A stretch of 64,000 bases of DNA from assembly GCA_043228905.1 (NCBI GenBank), contig JBHGNT010000001.1:13206001-13270000 (forward strand). The letters run 5' to 3'. Positions 12,662-25,759 of this stretch are shown piece after piece; positions within the stretch are counted from its first letter, which is position 1, and the number at the start of each line of letters is the position of its first letter. A program made the translations under genes and the position numbers. The notes under the pieces are model-generated. The model was not told where the DNA came from. It searched no databases and saw only the letters and a program-made list of their open reading frames with translations. Origin of the DNA: Azolla caroliniana (Eukaryota; Plantae; Polypodiophyta).

Positions 12662-13091
12662 TGTCAGGAACAGTACTAAGACAGAGAAGGAATTAGTACT
12701 AAAAGAAGTATTAGTACTAAGAGAGGTGAAGAACTCTTGAGAGAAGGAAAGAGTGAGTGAGAGGGAGGGAGAGAGAGATCGAGAGAGAGAGAGAGTGATG
12801 ATAAGAAAAGATATATATTATGTGAAGGAAATGTACAGTAGCTAGGAGGCTTAAGACTGGCGTTGAACCGATTTGGTTCGAAATAATGCCTTGTCCCTCC
12901 TTTTATAGTGTTCTAAGGAATACTCTTGAAGTTTCTAGAATGTTCTAGAGAAATATGAAATATACATCAATTTTCTATAATAAAACATAAAAGAAAATAA
13001 TATTTTACGTATTACAATGTATAGTTTAATGGTCAAGAGCTTGACCCATGTAGCATAAGGTCATGGGTTCGAGTCTTGCCATATCATGACA
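12662..13091 (-). repeat. Tcn1-like 5' LTR
   Basis: Direct repeat of 7427-7862; TATAAAA on - at 12901-12907. Confidence 0.95.
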
Positions 13092-14046
13092 CCTGGTATT
13101 CTTCTTTCTTTATCTCTCTTCTTTTCTATGATGCGTTGTCGTAGTGTATTTCGTACACTATATGAAAATTTATTTTTTGGTCTTTCCGGACAGGACATGG
13201 AGTACCCGGTGAGAACCAGAAGGATCGAAACCGGTAAGGAGACCCGGCAAAAGTCGGATGAAGAAGGACGGTGAGAGTTGGTGAGAAACGGATGAAGAGA
13301 ACCGGTAATGACCGAAATCGGATCAAGAAGAACCGGCAAGAGCCGGATGAAGAAGGCCGGTGAGAGTCGGTGAGAAACGGACGAAGAGGACCCAGTAAGG
13401 ATAACTAGATGGAATCGGATGAAGGAGGAATCAACAAGGAAGACCCGATGAGAACCGGATGAAGAAGGCCAGTGAGAGTCTCTCACCGGATGAAGAGATA
13501 TATTTGTAAATAGAAGAAACTATAAAAATATATATTACATGCATAGGGCAAGATTCGAACTAAAAGAAAAGATGGGATAGAAAGTTAATCATGCACAGCA
13601 GTGTGCATGAAAACTAAAGTTAGAAAAAGCAAGTTAGATAAAGCATATAGTCTATAGTTATAGAAAAAGCATGGATTGTGAAGACTCTCTCATCACTATA
13701 TAAGGATGAGGAGCACAATGTAATAGGTGTGTGAAAAATATTTGGGAAATTGGATATATTTCCTAAAACACCAATTAATATAATATATTTATGGGATTCA
13801 CGAATTTGTGATCAAAATTGTCTCTTACTATCTAAATATTGATTAAATACACTAAACCCGTGGGATTCACGAGATTCATAACTTACCTATCTTTCTAATA
13901 ATCTGTCCATAACCATAAACTTGTCTCAAATTCTTCCTCCTCCTAGTCCAAAACCCCAGTGGTTCCCACCCGACTCACGCAAACGATCCGGAGCCGAAAG
14001 GCACGACACAAGTGGTGAACCCGACGTGAAGAGGGGCGGTAAGGAG

Positions 14047-15438
14047 ATGGAGAATCAACAAGAAGCGATGAATATGATGATGATGATTAAGCGGATGCAA
14101 GAAGAGCAACGCACAATGTCGGAGATGAAATCGGTTGTAGGGCGGCTTGTGCAAAGAAATGGGGAATTCAACGAAAAGGATGTGTCACGCTATCTATGCG
14201 AATACAAGGCCGAGATGATGTGATGTGGGATACCGGAAGGATTGCAAGTGACATCCTTCAATCGAGTAGTCACAGATGAGTTACAAGAGAGAATCCATAA
14301 AATAGGGCAACAAAACCCGACATGGGAGTCCTTTGAAGAAGCTTTACGAGAGGCATATGATTTCAAGAGATCAAAGGGACAAGATCGGCGAGAATTCGAC
14401 GAATGGGTGGCATCGAAGAAGACCTACCGGAGTGCAACACAAGTATTCCTAGAGTTCGAGCATCGTTTTGCTCGACTCTCGAAGTGGGAACAAAGATTGG
14501 TGGGAGAGGATAAAGTCCTAATGTTCGTAAAATTGATCGATCGAAAAGAAAGGATGGACATCGGGATCGAACTCGAAGACGATGACGGTGCGAATGGTCT
14601 TACCAAAGATTGGGCCGAAGTCCAAAGGGTATGCCGGAGACATGATGAGAGGAAGATGAGAATCTTGTCAACAACATGGCCGATGAAGGATGGTCGATTG
14701 AAGACAAACGATGGAGCCAATATGGAGGCCGAAATACAACATGATGGTGCGACGGAAGAGGGTGTAAAACAAGCTACCCTCTTGTCTTGCGAAAGAACGA
14801 CGACGAAGGATAAGGCCGATAACCCAAGTGTAGAAGAAGATTTCGGAATACAAGTGTCCAAAACATCGGGTGAAAAAGGGGTAAGCATAATTGATGTTTG
14901 CATAATTGATGCAGTGAAAGAGAGCAAGGAGGACTTGATTGAAGAGGTCGCCATGAAAGATGACATCGAATCGAAGGTGGCTATGGACAAATCAATGGCG
15001 GATGGCCATATCGAGACTTCCCCACCACTGATTCTAGAGACTCCGGCGGTTGCATTCGAAAGGCAACGTGAGACTGAAGAGACGGAAGGTGGTGGAGAGA
15101 AAACAAAGGTCGAAGCCGATTCATACGACGGAGAGATAACCGAAAAGGTGGATATGCGTGAAACGACGGAGAACGATAATACCGAGGATTCTTGCCCACT
15201 AATCCTAGAGACTTCGGCAGTTGTGTCCGAGAAGCAACGTGAGACCGGAGAGACGGGAGGTGGTAGCAAGAAAGGTAAAGTCAGAAGCCGGTTCGGATGG
15301 AAGACGGTTCGGATGGAAGATGATCCGGAAGGAATTCCGATCCGAAAGAAAGCTGACCCGAAAAGGGGTCGACTCGATCAAAACCGATCGACCAAGTCCG
15401 ATTCGGCCAAACGCGAATACGGATGGAAGCCGACCTAG
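14047..15438 (+). pseudogene. GyA gag N-terminal half fused to an acidic low-complexity tail
   Basis: LVQRNGEFNEKDVSRYL and QVTSFNRV match the full-length gag; stop at 14221-14223; divergent E/K/T-rich C-terminus with an internal duplication. Confidence 0.75.
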
Positions 15439-15740
15439 CCGAAAGTTGATCAGACGAGACCGATCCGAAAAGAAGCTAATCCAACTTAGTCGGAGGTTGA
15501 ACCGGTCAAGGCCAGTGAAAACGAGGAAAAGAAAGCCAACCGAAACCGAAACCGATATATCGAAACCGACCTGGAAGGGGGCCGAATCGTAAAAACTGAT
15601 CAACCGAGTCTAATTCGGCCGAATATGAATCCGATTGGAAGCCGATCCAACCGAAAGCCGATCGGACGAGACCGAATCGGAAAGAAGCTAATACGACTCA
15701 ACCGAAATACGATCGGACGAGACCGATGCGGAAAAAAATC
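15290..15740. repeat. Degenerate tandem repeats (ccgatcggacgagaccga/ccgaaa motifs)
   Basis: Repeated gagaccgatccgaaaagaagcta-like units. Confidence 0.6.
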
Positions 15741-17170
15741 AAGGTTGAAGAAGAGGCCAGGAAAAGACACTACCACGGATGACAAGGGCCAAGCGGATTT
15801 GAAGGGTATTATTAACGATGAGATCTCAACAAAGAAGAAAGGCTCTAACGGGAAGAACGTAAACACTAATGCAAGATTCTATGACGAGAGAGAACAAAGA
15901 ATATGGTGGATCGGATGGCAACAATGGTTCGGGTGGAAAGAATGGATGTGCTCAAAATGGAGAGACAAAGCTGACATAGCGAGAGAAACGGAGGGTACAA
16001 CAAGTAACGAGGAATTACGAGGGCCGGTAACCGGAGACCGGACAGAGCCGGCAACCGAACTGAATCGAAAACCGGGCGGAGCCGGGAAACAAAAAAAAAC
16101 CGGTGACCAAACGGGGCCGGCAACCAAACACGACCGGCGACGAAACCAACCGGGCAGAGAACGGACGGACAAGACTAACAATCACCGACAACTTCGGCAC
16201 ATACCGGAGGATGTGCGGGTTCGGAGGGGGCGAGTTTCGTAGTGTATTTCATACACTACATAAAAATTATTTTTCGGTCTTTCCGAACAGGACATGGAGT
16301 ACCCGGTGAGAACCGGAAGGATCAAAACCGGTAAGGAGACCCGACAAGAGCCGGATGAAGAAGGCTGGTGAGAGTCGGTGAGAAACGGACGAAGAGGACC
16401 CGGTAAGGATAACCGAATGGAATCAGATGAAGGAGGAATCAGCAAGGAAGACCCGGTAAGGAGACCCGGTGAGAACCGGATGAAGAAGGCCGGTGAGAGT
16501 CTCTCACCGGATGAAGAGATATATTTGTAAATAGAAGAAACTATAAAAATATATATTACATGCATAGGGCAAGATTCGAACCTTGCACCTCCATGTTAAT
16601 AATGTTAAGCCTTATCACTATAGTAGCATATTATGAATTTTAAAGGTATATTAAATTTTATCCCATGTAAATATTTTAGATATGCATGGTACAAAAAGTT
16701 ACTCATACATACACACTCGAGTTAAAAGAAAAGATGGGATAGAAAGTTAATCATGCACAGCAGTGTGCATGAAAACTAAAGTTAGAAAAAGCAAGTTAGA
16801 TAAAGCATATAGTCTATAGTTATAGAAAAAGCATGGATTGTGAAGATTCTCTCATCACTATATAAGGATGAGGAGCACAATGTAATAGGTGTGTGAAAAA
16901 TATTTGGGAAATTGGATATATTTCCTAAAACACCAATTAATATAATATATTTGTGGGATTCACGGATTTGTGATCAAAATTGTCTCTTACTATCTAAATA
17001 TTGATTAAATACACTAAACTCGTGGGATTCACGAGATTCATAACTTACCTATCTTTCTAATAATCTGTCCATAACCATAAACTTGTCTCAAATTCTTCCT
17101 CCTCCTAGTCCAAAACCCCAGTGGTTCCCACCCAACTCACGCAAACGATCCGGAGCCGAAAAGCACGACA

Positions 17171-20100
17171 GCGTACATTACCGACAGAAGAAGAGCTACG
17201 TTTTCGGCAAGCTATACAATGTACGACTGGTCTCAACACTGGGCACTCTGCAATAGAATGTACCATGAAGTCACAATGCATGTTATGCGATTCTAGGTCG
17301 CACACAATGGACCGATGCGAATGTAACTTACTGAACCGGCAAGTGGCACCGGTAAGACAAATCGATACCCGCAGCGATTGGGAAGACGAAGAAGAATGTT
17401 GGCATCGAGACGAGCGTTACCAGCCAGTACAGGATGTCCGGTACAGTGATAGAAGGGACCTTACGACCGGGAACGGTAGGACAGGTACCGGGATCATAAT
17501 GGTGACTGTTCTAATCGCGATCACTCTCCAAGTTACAACCGGAGGGGAGAGGATCAGCGCGGGGATTACAAAGATCGCCGCCGATAGGGATACAAGAACC
17601 ACCGACGTTTTAATAAGAAACGAATCAACCGAAAGGAGGAGCGTCAGGAACCGGCGAAGGAATACCCACGAGAGCCGGAGAGAGGCTTGAGTGGCACCCA
17701 ACCAGAACAAAGACGAACGGAAGATCGGCCAACAACAAGATTTCAACCAAGTATCGGGCCAAAAACTGAATCCAGCAATACCCGGAAAGCGTATTGTTAT
17801 TATTGCCGGAAGGAAGGCCATTACATCAACCAATGCCTGGTGAAAAGTAATGAAAAACGACCTGCAGTCAATATGGTGGTAGCAGAGGTCGCGGATATAC
17901 AACAAGTCACTACCAGGTCAAAAGGAAAGACGACGGAGTGGGAAGCACAAGAGGCTATCCGGAAATAGGCCACCGAATGGGTAGAGAAGGCAAATGAACG
18001 GAATGCGGCCGAAGTCAAACAACAAAAGGAAGCACCGGCGGAGCTCACCGACACAATACAGTCTGAAAACCCAACATGGAAGGCATTACAGGAATGTCAA
18101 GTTACGTTGCCATTAGGCCGGCTAGTACAATTAGTACCCTGGTTCATAGAGGGACTGAAATCGGCAATAACACCACCAGACTCATCGCCGGCTCCGGCTT
18201 TCTTTTCCAACCCACAGGAAGGGTCGGCAGTGGTGGACACAAGCAGTCTGGCAATCACGGCCATTGTCAAAAGGCGGGAGCTACCATGGACGATCGTCAA
18301 CGGAGGATCATGCGTCAATGTAATCAGCCTCCGTACTTGTGATACCCTGGGAATCCAGGAGTGGGAGCCTTGCCTATTTTAGCTCCGGATGGCAAATACG
18401 AGTTCGGTAAGACCCACCGGTTTAATACGAGATCTAGAGGTAACAATTGGAGGACATGCATTCCGCATTTCTGCGGTGGTTCTCCAGTTAAATACCAAAG
18501 GGGCTTACCCACTATTGCTCGGACGACCATTGTTGCGGACGATGCACATTAAGCAGAACTGGTGGAAGAACGTGATTACGTTCCGACAAGGCAAAACTAA
18601 AGTACGGGTACCAACACATCCACAAACCGGAACCGGCAAAGAGCTAACACCGTTATACGCTGAAAGCGTTAATATGTTGGAAGGACTCGCCGACGAGGAA
18701 GTCGATAGGTATCTCAAGGATAACCCAAAAATCGTACCCTTGTTTGAAATAGATGTGGCAGAAGCAGTCTCTCCGTATATTGCACAACAGGGAGATGCCA
18801 TAGAGGAACCAGATAGAGAAGTCGTCAGAGAACTACATCAAGCACAAGAGGCCCTGGAATGGGAAATGGCGGTATCTCAAAGGGTGAAGCCGTCCCAGCT
18901 AGAAGAAGTAGGCTTGGGAAATGGAGAGGAAGCCCGACCAGTACATATTGCCAAAGAGATGTCCTTGGAAAACAAAACGGCAATGATTACATTATTGAAA
19001 GAATTCCAGGACGTATTTTCCTGGTCCTATGAGGATATGCAAGGGCTAGATCCGCATTTGTATCAACATCAGATACATCTCAGCAAAGACGCCAAACCGG
19101 TAGCACAAAGGTGTTACCGATTGAACCCAAATTATGCAATAAGGGTGAAAGAAGAGATCGACAAGTTACTCTGAGTCGGTTTTATCCAGCCGGTAAAGAA
19201 AGCCACATGGTTGAGTTTGATAGTCGTTGTGCCGAAGAAGAATGGGAAGATCTGGGTCTGCGTCGATTACCGGAAATTGAAGGTCACGACAGTGACCGAT
19301 GGCTTTCCACTTCCATTCACAGATGGAGTTTTGGACGCGGTAGCCGGTCATGATGTATATAGCTTCCTAGACGGATTCAACGGTTACAATCAAATACGGA
19401 TGCACCCCGATGACCAAGAAAAGACGTCGTTCGTTACCGAGTGGGGTGTCTTTGTTGCCGTAGTGATGATGTTTGGACTCAAGACGGCACCGGCTACCTT
19501 TCAGTGGATAATCATGGAAATATTTGGAGAGTTCATCTTGGCATTTATGTAGGTGTTCCTAGACGACTTCACGATGTATAGCCGGCAAGGGGAGCACCTA
19601 GACCACCTCCGGTTATGCCTAGAAAAATGCAGAGGGTACCGACTAAGCTTGAACCCGGAAAAGTGTGTTCGGAGTGGCTAGTGGTATGCTACTGGGCCAT
19701 ATTGTCAACAAGGACAGGATAGCAGTAGACCCAGACAAAGTCAGGGCAATTCTGGAGGCACCGGCACCAACGATGGCCAAAGCATTAAGCAGATTCTTAG
19801 GACAAATCCGGTGGCATAGTCAGATGCTCCAGTATTTGGCAGATCTTGCAACATCATTGCATGCTACGGTTCACCAGACACCGTTTCAATGGACGGCTAC
19901 AGAGGATGATGCTTACCGCGCGCTAAAAGTACTACTATCGCAAGCACCGGTATTACAACCCCTGGACTGGTCCAAAGAGTTTCATGTGTTCGTCGACGCG
20001 TCAAACATAGCAATCGGCAGCACACTTATGCAGCTGACCGAAACCAAGTGGTACCGGTCGGTATACTATGTGAGCCGGAAACTGTCACAAGTGGAACGAA

Positions 20101-21810
20101 ATTATTCCACAACGGAGAGAGAAGCCTTGGGGATGATTTATAGTGTCACGAAGTTCCGGCACTATTTGTTGGGCCAGAAATTTTCATTTCATGTAGACCA
20201 TTCTGCACTTTTATACTTGGTCTCTAAGGCATCCCTCATAGGTAAGTTGGCCCGATGGACATTGCTACTATAGGAATTCGAGTTCGAAATTTATCACCGA
20301 CCGGGTATACAACACGCGATGGCTAACTATTTGAACCAATTAGAAACCGGCGAGGCCGGTGACGGCGTACCATATGAGTTTCCGGATGCCGAACTGTTTA
20401 AAATTACAATAGAAACCACGGCAGATAATACAGTTCCGGACGAGGACAAATGGCTAACGAACATGCATCAGTTCTTAAGCAGGAGACTACCTCCGGAAGA
20501 GATGAACAGAGACAAGCGGAAACAATTGGCAATCCAAAGCCGGTATTTTTGTTTATTACAGAACACCCTATACCACAAGGGAGCCGATGGAATATGGTGA
20601 AGAGCGGTGTGGAGCGATGAAAAGGACACCATATTACGGGAAGCACATTGCGGAGTCGCTTGAGGACACTATGCCGGTGAAGCTACAGAAAGAAAGATAT
20701 GGCGCAGTGGCTATGGTGGCCAACGACACTGAAAGATTCGGTCCAATATACAAAGGAATGTGATTTATGCCAACGAATGGGCCAACCAACAGAACAGGCG
20801 CGGATGCCTCACCAGCTGGTACTACCCTTGGAACCATTTCAAAAATGGGGGCTGGACTTCATCAAACCATTCAAGCCGCCAGCCATGCGAACTGGTAACA
20901 GATATGTCATTGTCGCTACGGATTATTGCACCAAGTGGGTAGAGGCCAAGGCTTTGCGAGACAATATCGCGGCATCAACGGCAAAGTTTCTCTACGAGTA
21001 CATCTGGTGCCGTTACAGATGTCCAATCAAATTGATTAGCGACCAGGGTGGACACTTCCTCGGTCAAGTAGTGGAGAGTCTAACAATGTTCTACGTGGTA
21101 GTACACAAGATCAACACTCCATACTACCTGCAGGCCAATGGACTGGCCGAGTCCACCAACAAGACACTACAGAACATCCTCCAGAAGATCTTCAACGAGA
21201 ACCGGACCGATTGGGACACGAAGTTGCACAGTGCATTATGGGCTTACCGGATGGCGTATAAAATGAGCATCAGAACGACACCATTCCGGTTAGCATTCGG
21301 ACTAGAAGCAGTGATGCTGATTGAATTTCAAGTACCGAGCTTACGGATATAGGTCCGAGAGCGATTGAGTGAAAAGGAATCAGAGAAAATCCGATTAGCG
21401 GCACTATGTGAGCTGGAAGAGCATCTAATAGCGAGTATCATGCAGTTGGAACTGGAGCAGCGACGAAGGAAGGCATTCGTCGACCGGCACCGGAAGGGCA
21501 ATGAGAAATTGTTCGGAACCGGCAAACCGGTGCTCCTGTTTCAAACCCGGAAGGGTAAGATGTCGAGCATGCTACGGTTCCGGTGCACCGGACCATACTA
21601 GATCACGCGAGAATTCAACGGTTCTTACCAGTTAGGCACGCTTGCCGGCGAAGTACTGGAGAAATGGGTGAATGGGTTCCGACTTAAACCCTTTTACGGG
21701 CCCATGCTACCAAACCCATTCCATCAGGTGGAGACCAACGCGGTAACCGAAAGCGGCAAGCAATTGGCCAGCAACCAAGAGGAGCCGGTGTTAACTGACA
21801 ACCGGGACTA
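17171..21810 (+). pseudogene. GyB gag-pol remnant
   Basis: CYYCRKEGHYINQC, FPLPFTD, SFLDGFNGYNQI, VDASNIAIG, FQKWGLDF, ATDYCTKWVEA; many stops and frameshifts. Confidence 0.88.
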
Positions 21811-21970
21811 ATGCTTAATTATTAAAATTTAAAAATAAAAATAAATAAATAAATAACTCATCATGCATAGGCGAGCAGCGAACGAGCACTTGGAAAAGGT
21901 GTGGTTGGTGGCTAATTAAAACCTCTTTAAAAGCCCACAATGTGTCAACCGACTACTATAATAGTACACG

Positions 21971-24900
21971 ATGTGCATGCACGGGAATCAAGAAAAGGCG
22001 TCAAGCATGGAGAGACAAAACCTCCGCCTCACAGAGTCCCTCTCATTTCACGAGAATAGAGCACTAAGCGCACACAATCGATTAAGAGTGATCAGACGAA
22101 CGCAAGAGGAATGCACAGATGTACTAATTCTACCAAGTCCCATAGACTCAGACGGCGAGATGGAACACATGGCACTCTCGGAAGCGGCCAAGAAATGGTT
22201 CAAGCAACACGGGCTGGAAGGGTTCCTAAGAATCGTTGAGGCACCTCCACACAGCAAGGCGGAGAAAGTCGTGCAGGAGATCGATACAGAGGTCATCACA
22301 AAAGAGTCCATCCACGCCATGACTGGCCTACTAGAGAGCGGATTATTCTCGATCAACAACCCTTCACCGGAGATGCTCACAAAGTTCTTCGGTGAGTACT
22401 CCCTGGCCAATAAGGCGTATCGCACACAAGGCGGCGACGACACTCTATTCCGAGAGGTCGCTCGTGTGCTTCATGAGTATGGGCATGTACACCCTCGACC
22501 CCCAGCTATGCCAAAGAACAGAGCTGGTTTTATTATATCGACTTATGAGGGAGTACAGGTAGATTGACCGGTGATCATCGCTGACAGTCTGAGCGCGGCC
22601 ATAGAATCAGTAAAGGATGGCAAGAACATGTGGACGGCAGTGGTGTAATGGCTCACTCTTTTAGCACCGCCGGTAGAGCCGATGCAGCCGAAGAAGTGGG
22701 GGCGACCGACTGAATCAACCCCCAACCAATCTTCAAAAAGGCAACAAGCAACTATGAGCTAAACAACCGATCGGATGGAAAGCGGCCAGCTCCTCATAGA
22801 AGGCAAAGTAGCAACCTAGTCGGAAGCATACAGAAGAGAAGGAGACACCGGTGAGACCCTTAAAAATTAAGTTGCATCGGCCCGAACAACAATCGGCACA
22901 ACAACAGGAGCAAGACCCCTTGGCGGCGTTAATCAATAGCGGAACCCTGGCGGAGGAGTAGGAAGAAGAACCTGTCGAGCCCCTATTACGTCGCAAACAG
23001 ACACGTGACGAGGGCCACAAAGGGGGGGGAATCAAGCCCGGTAAGGGACAGTATACCAAAGCCCCACCCCAAGGAGCCGCAACCAAGGAAGGAATCAGAA
23101 CCGGTGTTAGTAGCACCTGTGTGGCAAGAAATAGTGGAATCAGAGGTTCAAAAACCGGTGATTGAATTGCCGGTATCGCCGACGCAACAGCAACAGCAAG
23201 AACAGGAATTGCTGCTAACCACCCAGAATAGGTCCCTAGCAAGTGAAGAAGCCACACCACGACCAAAATCGGCACGGCAACAAAGCACCAGCAGCCAATG
23301 GCTATGGTGGATAGGAGAACAAGTGGTCGGGCTGGTGTGCCACATAGAAGCAAAAGAAAGAGCACACGTGGACCGGTTGCTCGCCACAACCGAAGAACTT
23401 GTTAGGAAACAGGTCCCTCCGGATGGGAAGTGAGAAGAACAGTGTTGATGAGCAAACTAATGTGGAGTACCCGGCAACGGAAGACCCGGTGAGAACCGGA
23501 TGAGGAGTACCCGGCAACGGAAGACCCGGTGAGAACCGGATGAGGAGTACCTGGCAACGGAAGACCCGGTGAGAACCGGATGAGGAGTACCCGGAAACGG
23601 AAGACCCGGTGAGGACCGGATGATGAGTGCCCGGCAAGCGCCAGATGATGCAGGCCCGGTGAGGAGTGCTCATTGGATGAAGGGACATATTCGTAAATAT
23701 GTTTCTGAGAGTCCATCGGGGCTATATTTGTAAATAGCCGAAAAGTCATTTTAGTATAAATATAACTTAGGGCAAACTTAGTGTATAGGTTGTCATTGTC
23801 GTTGTCATGATTGTGAGAGAGCAACCGTGTACAGAGAGCGAGAGAGAGTGTGAGCTCGAGATATAGAGAGGTCGTTGCCTCTGTTGTAACCGCCGCCTGT
23901 GGCGAAGATCGTGAGCACGAGGCCGTTGCCTCCATGAGCTCACTGTTATAATCATTGTGATATAGTGATAGTTTGGAGTCTGTGGACTGCCGTGGTTTTT
24001 CCCTCTCAGGGTTTTCCACGTTACTATCCTATGTATTCTCTTTTCTTTCTATTTATGCACTTACCTCCATTCTTCATTTCTTCTGTGTTCGACTGTACAA
24101 AGTGATTCACTCTTCGGTTGTTGTCGGAGACTATTCCGCGTATTCCTCGACAGAACTAGAGAAGGCCCGGTCGAGAATCCGGAGCATGGAACAAGAAATG
24201 GAAAGGACAAGAGAAGAAGCGGCGAAGCTGGTCATCGAAGGACCAAAACAATTAGAACCGGTGGCACCGGTGAGTGTACAGTCTAATAAGAACCCGGTGA
24301 CTGAAACAACCCCGGATACGAATAAGGCACAGGAACTAGACCTCCCACGCTGAAAGAAGAATTGGAAGCCCAAGAGGCCTTAAGGGCTAGAGAACGTGAA
24401 GGGAAGAAGGCGGTGGAGGAAGAACAAAAGAAATTAGCCGAAAGCCTCGGGCAAGCCGAAGAAAGCCTGCGGAAAGGTCATCAAGCATATGACCGACTGA
24501 AGGAAGAAAAAGAAAAACTCTTGCAAGAAAAGGACAAACTCCGGCGCTCGGTGGAAGTAGAGATCGAGCGACTCAAAGAAGAGCTCCGACAACAAAAAGA
24601 CCGAGAGGACCGTGCTTGCCGTCTGATCAATCAAAGGCTGAAACAAAAAACGGATGACTTTGATCGGCTGCACCGGGATCACAAACACTTGGATGCGGAA
24701 CACAAGCAATTGATTACGGAAAGTGACCAGGAGCAGGAGAAGTTACAAGAACTTCGGGATGAGGTTAACCAGACAATGGCGACCCTGGTAGAGGAACAGT
24801 CGAAGGGGGCGGAAGCAGCGAAAAGACTGGCGGAAGCGGCAAAAAAACGGATGGAGATGACTCGGCAGCACTCGGAGGCAACGAAATGCGCTACAATGGC

Positions 24901-25706
24901 TCTGAACAAAGTGCAGACTACTTATCAGACACAGCTCATGCATTACAGAAGCCAAGAAGTGGCAACTGCAAGCCTTATCAAACAATTGAAAGACGAAAAA
25001 CAGGCGCGGAAAATAAGTCGAAGATGGGGCTGGGGCGAACCCGTGATCTGGTGCGAACATGGAGAGACCGGACGAAGAGACTAGTGGAAGAAAGTTCGGT
25101 TCAATGGTGGTCTCAATGGCCTAAACAGGCAGCGAAGTTACAATTGCTGAGAGCGGATGCGGAGAACTGGAGGAAGGACGGCGACGATTTCTATAAACTA
25201 GACGAAGAGAACATTGTAGCCATAAGGGAGGAATTGTCGAACAACTTCCTATCGTTAGCCGGGGACCAATTGGCAACGGTGACGTGATTGGTGGAACAGC
25301 TGGATGACGACCAGCTGGATACACAACTCTAGTTCGAATGGTATGAATGAGAATGGCGACGGCAAGAGGTAGCTAGAAGAACTACGGCGATCAATATCAA
25401 TGACGAAGAGCAGTCTTCGGAGCAAATGCCGAATGAAGCCGGAACCGAGGAAGCCAACTGAACGAAACTCTAGAGGAGCAGCCGAAGGAGGAAAACCTGC
25501 ACACTGGTAACCATGAGTAGGAGGAGCCCAAACCAATAGAACCAAAACCGGAAGCCTCGAGACCAGTAGAACCGGAGAGACCAGAGGAGTCGGAGCAACA
25601 ATAGCAACAACGGGAGCAGGAGTGGCAGCCATCGACGGAACAGCTCCCCGATGAGCCTTTAGAACCCTTGGACCAGAGCATTCTAGACATTTTGGAGGAA
25701 GATTGA
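21971..25706 (+). pseudogene. GyB extra 3' ORF (env-position protein plus coiled coil), interrupted by a solo LTR
   Basis: Homologous to 44410-47184 (LSEAAKKW..HGLEGFL; LRKGHQAYDRLKEEKEKLLQEKDKLRR). Confidence 0.85.
23400..24152 (+). mobile_element. copia solo LTR with TSD GAACT and a 40-bp tandem array
   Basis: TGTTAG...CGACA; GAACT at 23395-23399 and 24153-24157; homologous to 1472-2230; removing it restores the extra-ORF sequence. Confidence 0.93.
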
Positions 25707-25759
25707 AGGGCGAACCGTGGGATTCGACGTACAAGGTACTATCCCACGGGCGTGCCATG

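Larger units (their letters stand above)
7427..13091 (-). mobile_element. Full-length Tcn1-like chromovirus (Ty3/gypsy) with TSD CCTGG
   Basis: LTRs 7427-7862 and 12662-13091; CCTGG at 7422-7426 and 13092-13096; gag-PR-RT-RH-IN-chromodomain; PPT at 7863-7876. Confidence 0.95.
13137..17170 (+). mobile_element. Non-autonomous GyA derivative (LTRs 13137-14008 and 16235-17170; TSD GCGT; no pol)
   Basis: tRNA-Trp PBS at 14013-14030; gag N-terminus similar to 36071 onward; PPT before 16235; GCGT on both sides. Confidence 0.9.

Noticed and set aside
14424-15269. 281-aa Ser-rich antisense ORF and other short antisense ORFs over TE genes
   Set aside because: Shadow ORFs of biased sense coding sequence with no recognisable motifs.
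23464-23640. Regular 40-bp repeats resembling a CRISPR array
   Set aside because: The units are head-to-tail with no unique spacers, lie inside a copia LTR, and no cas genes are present.
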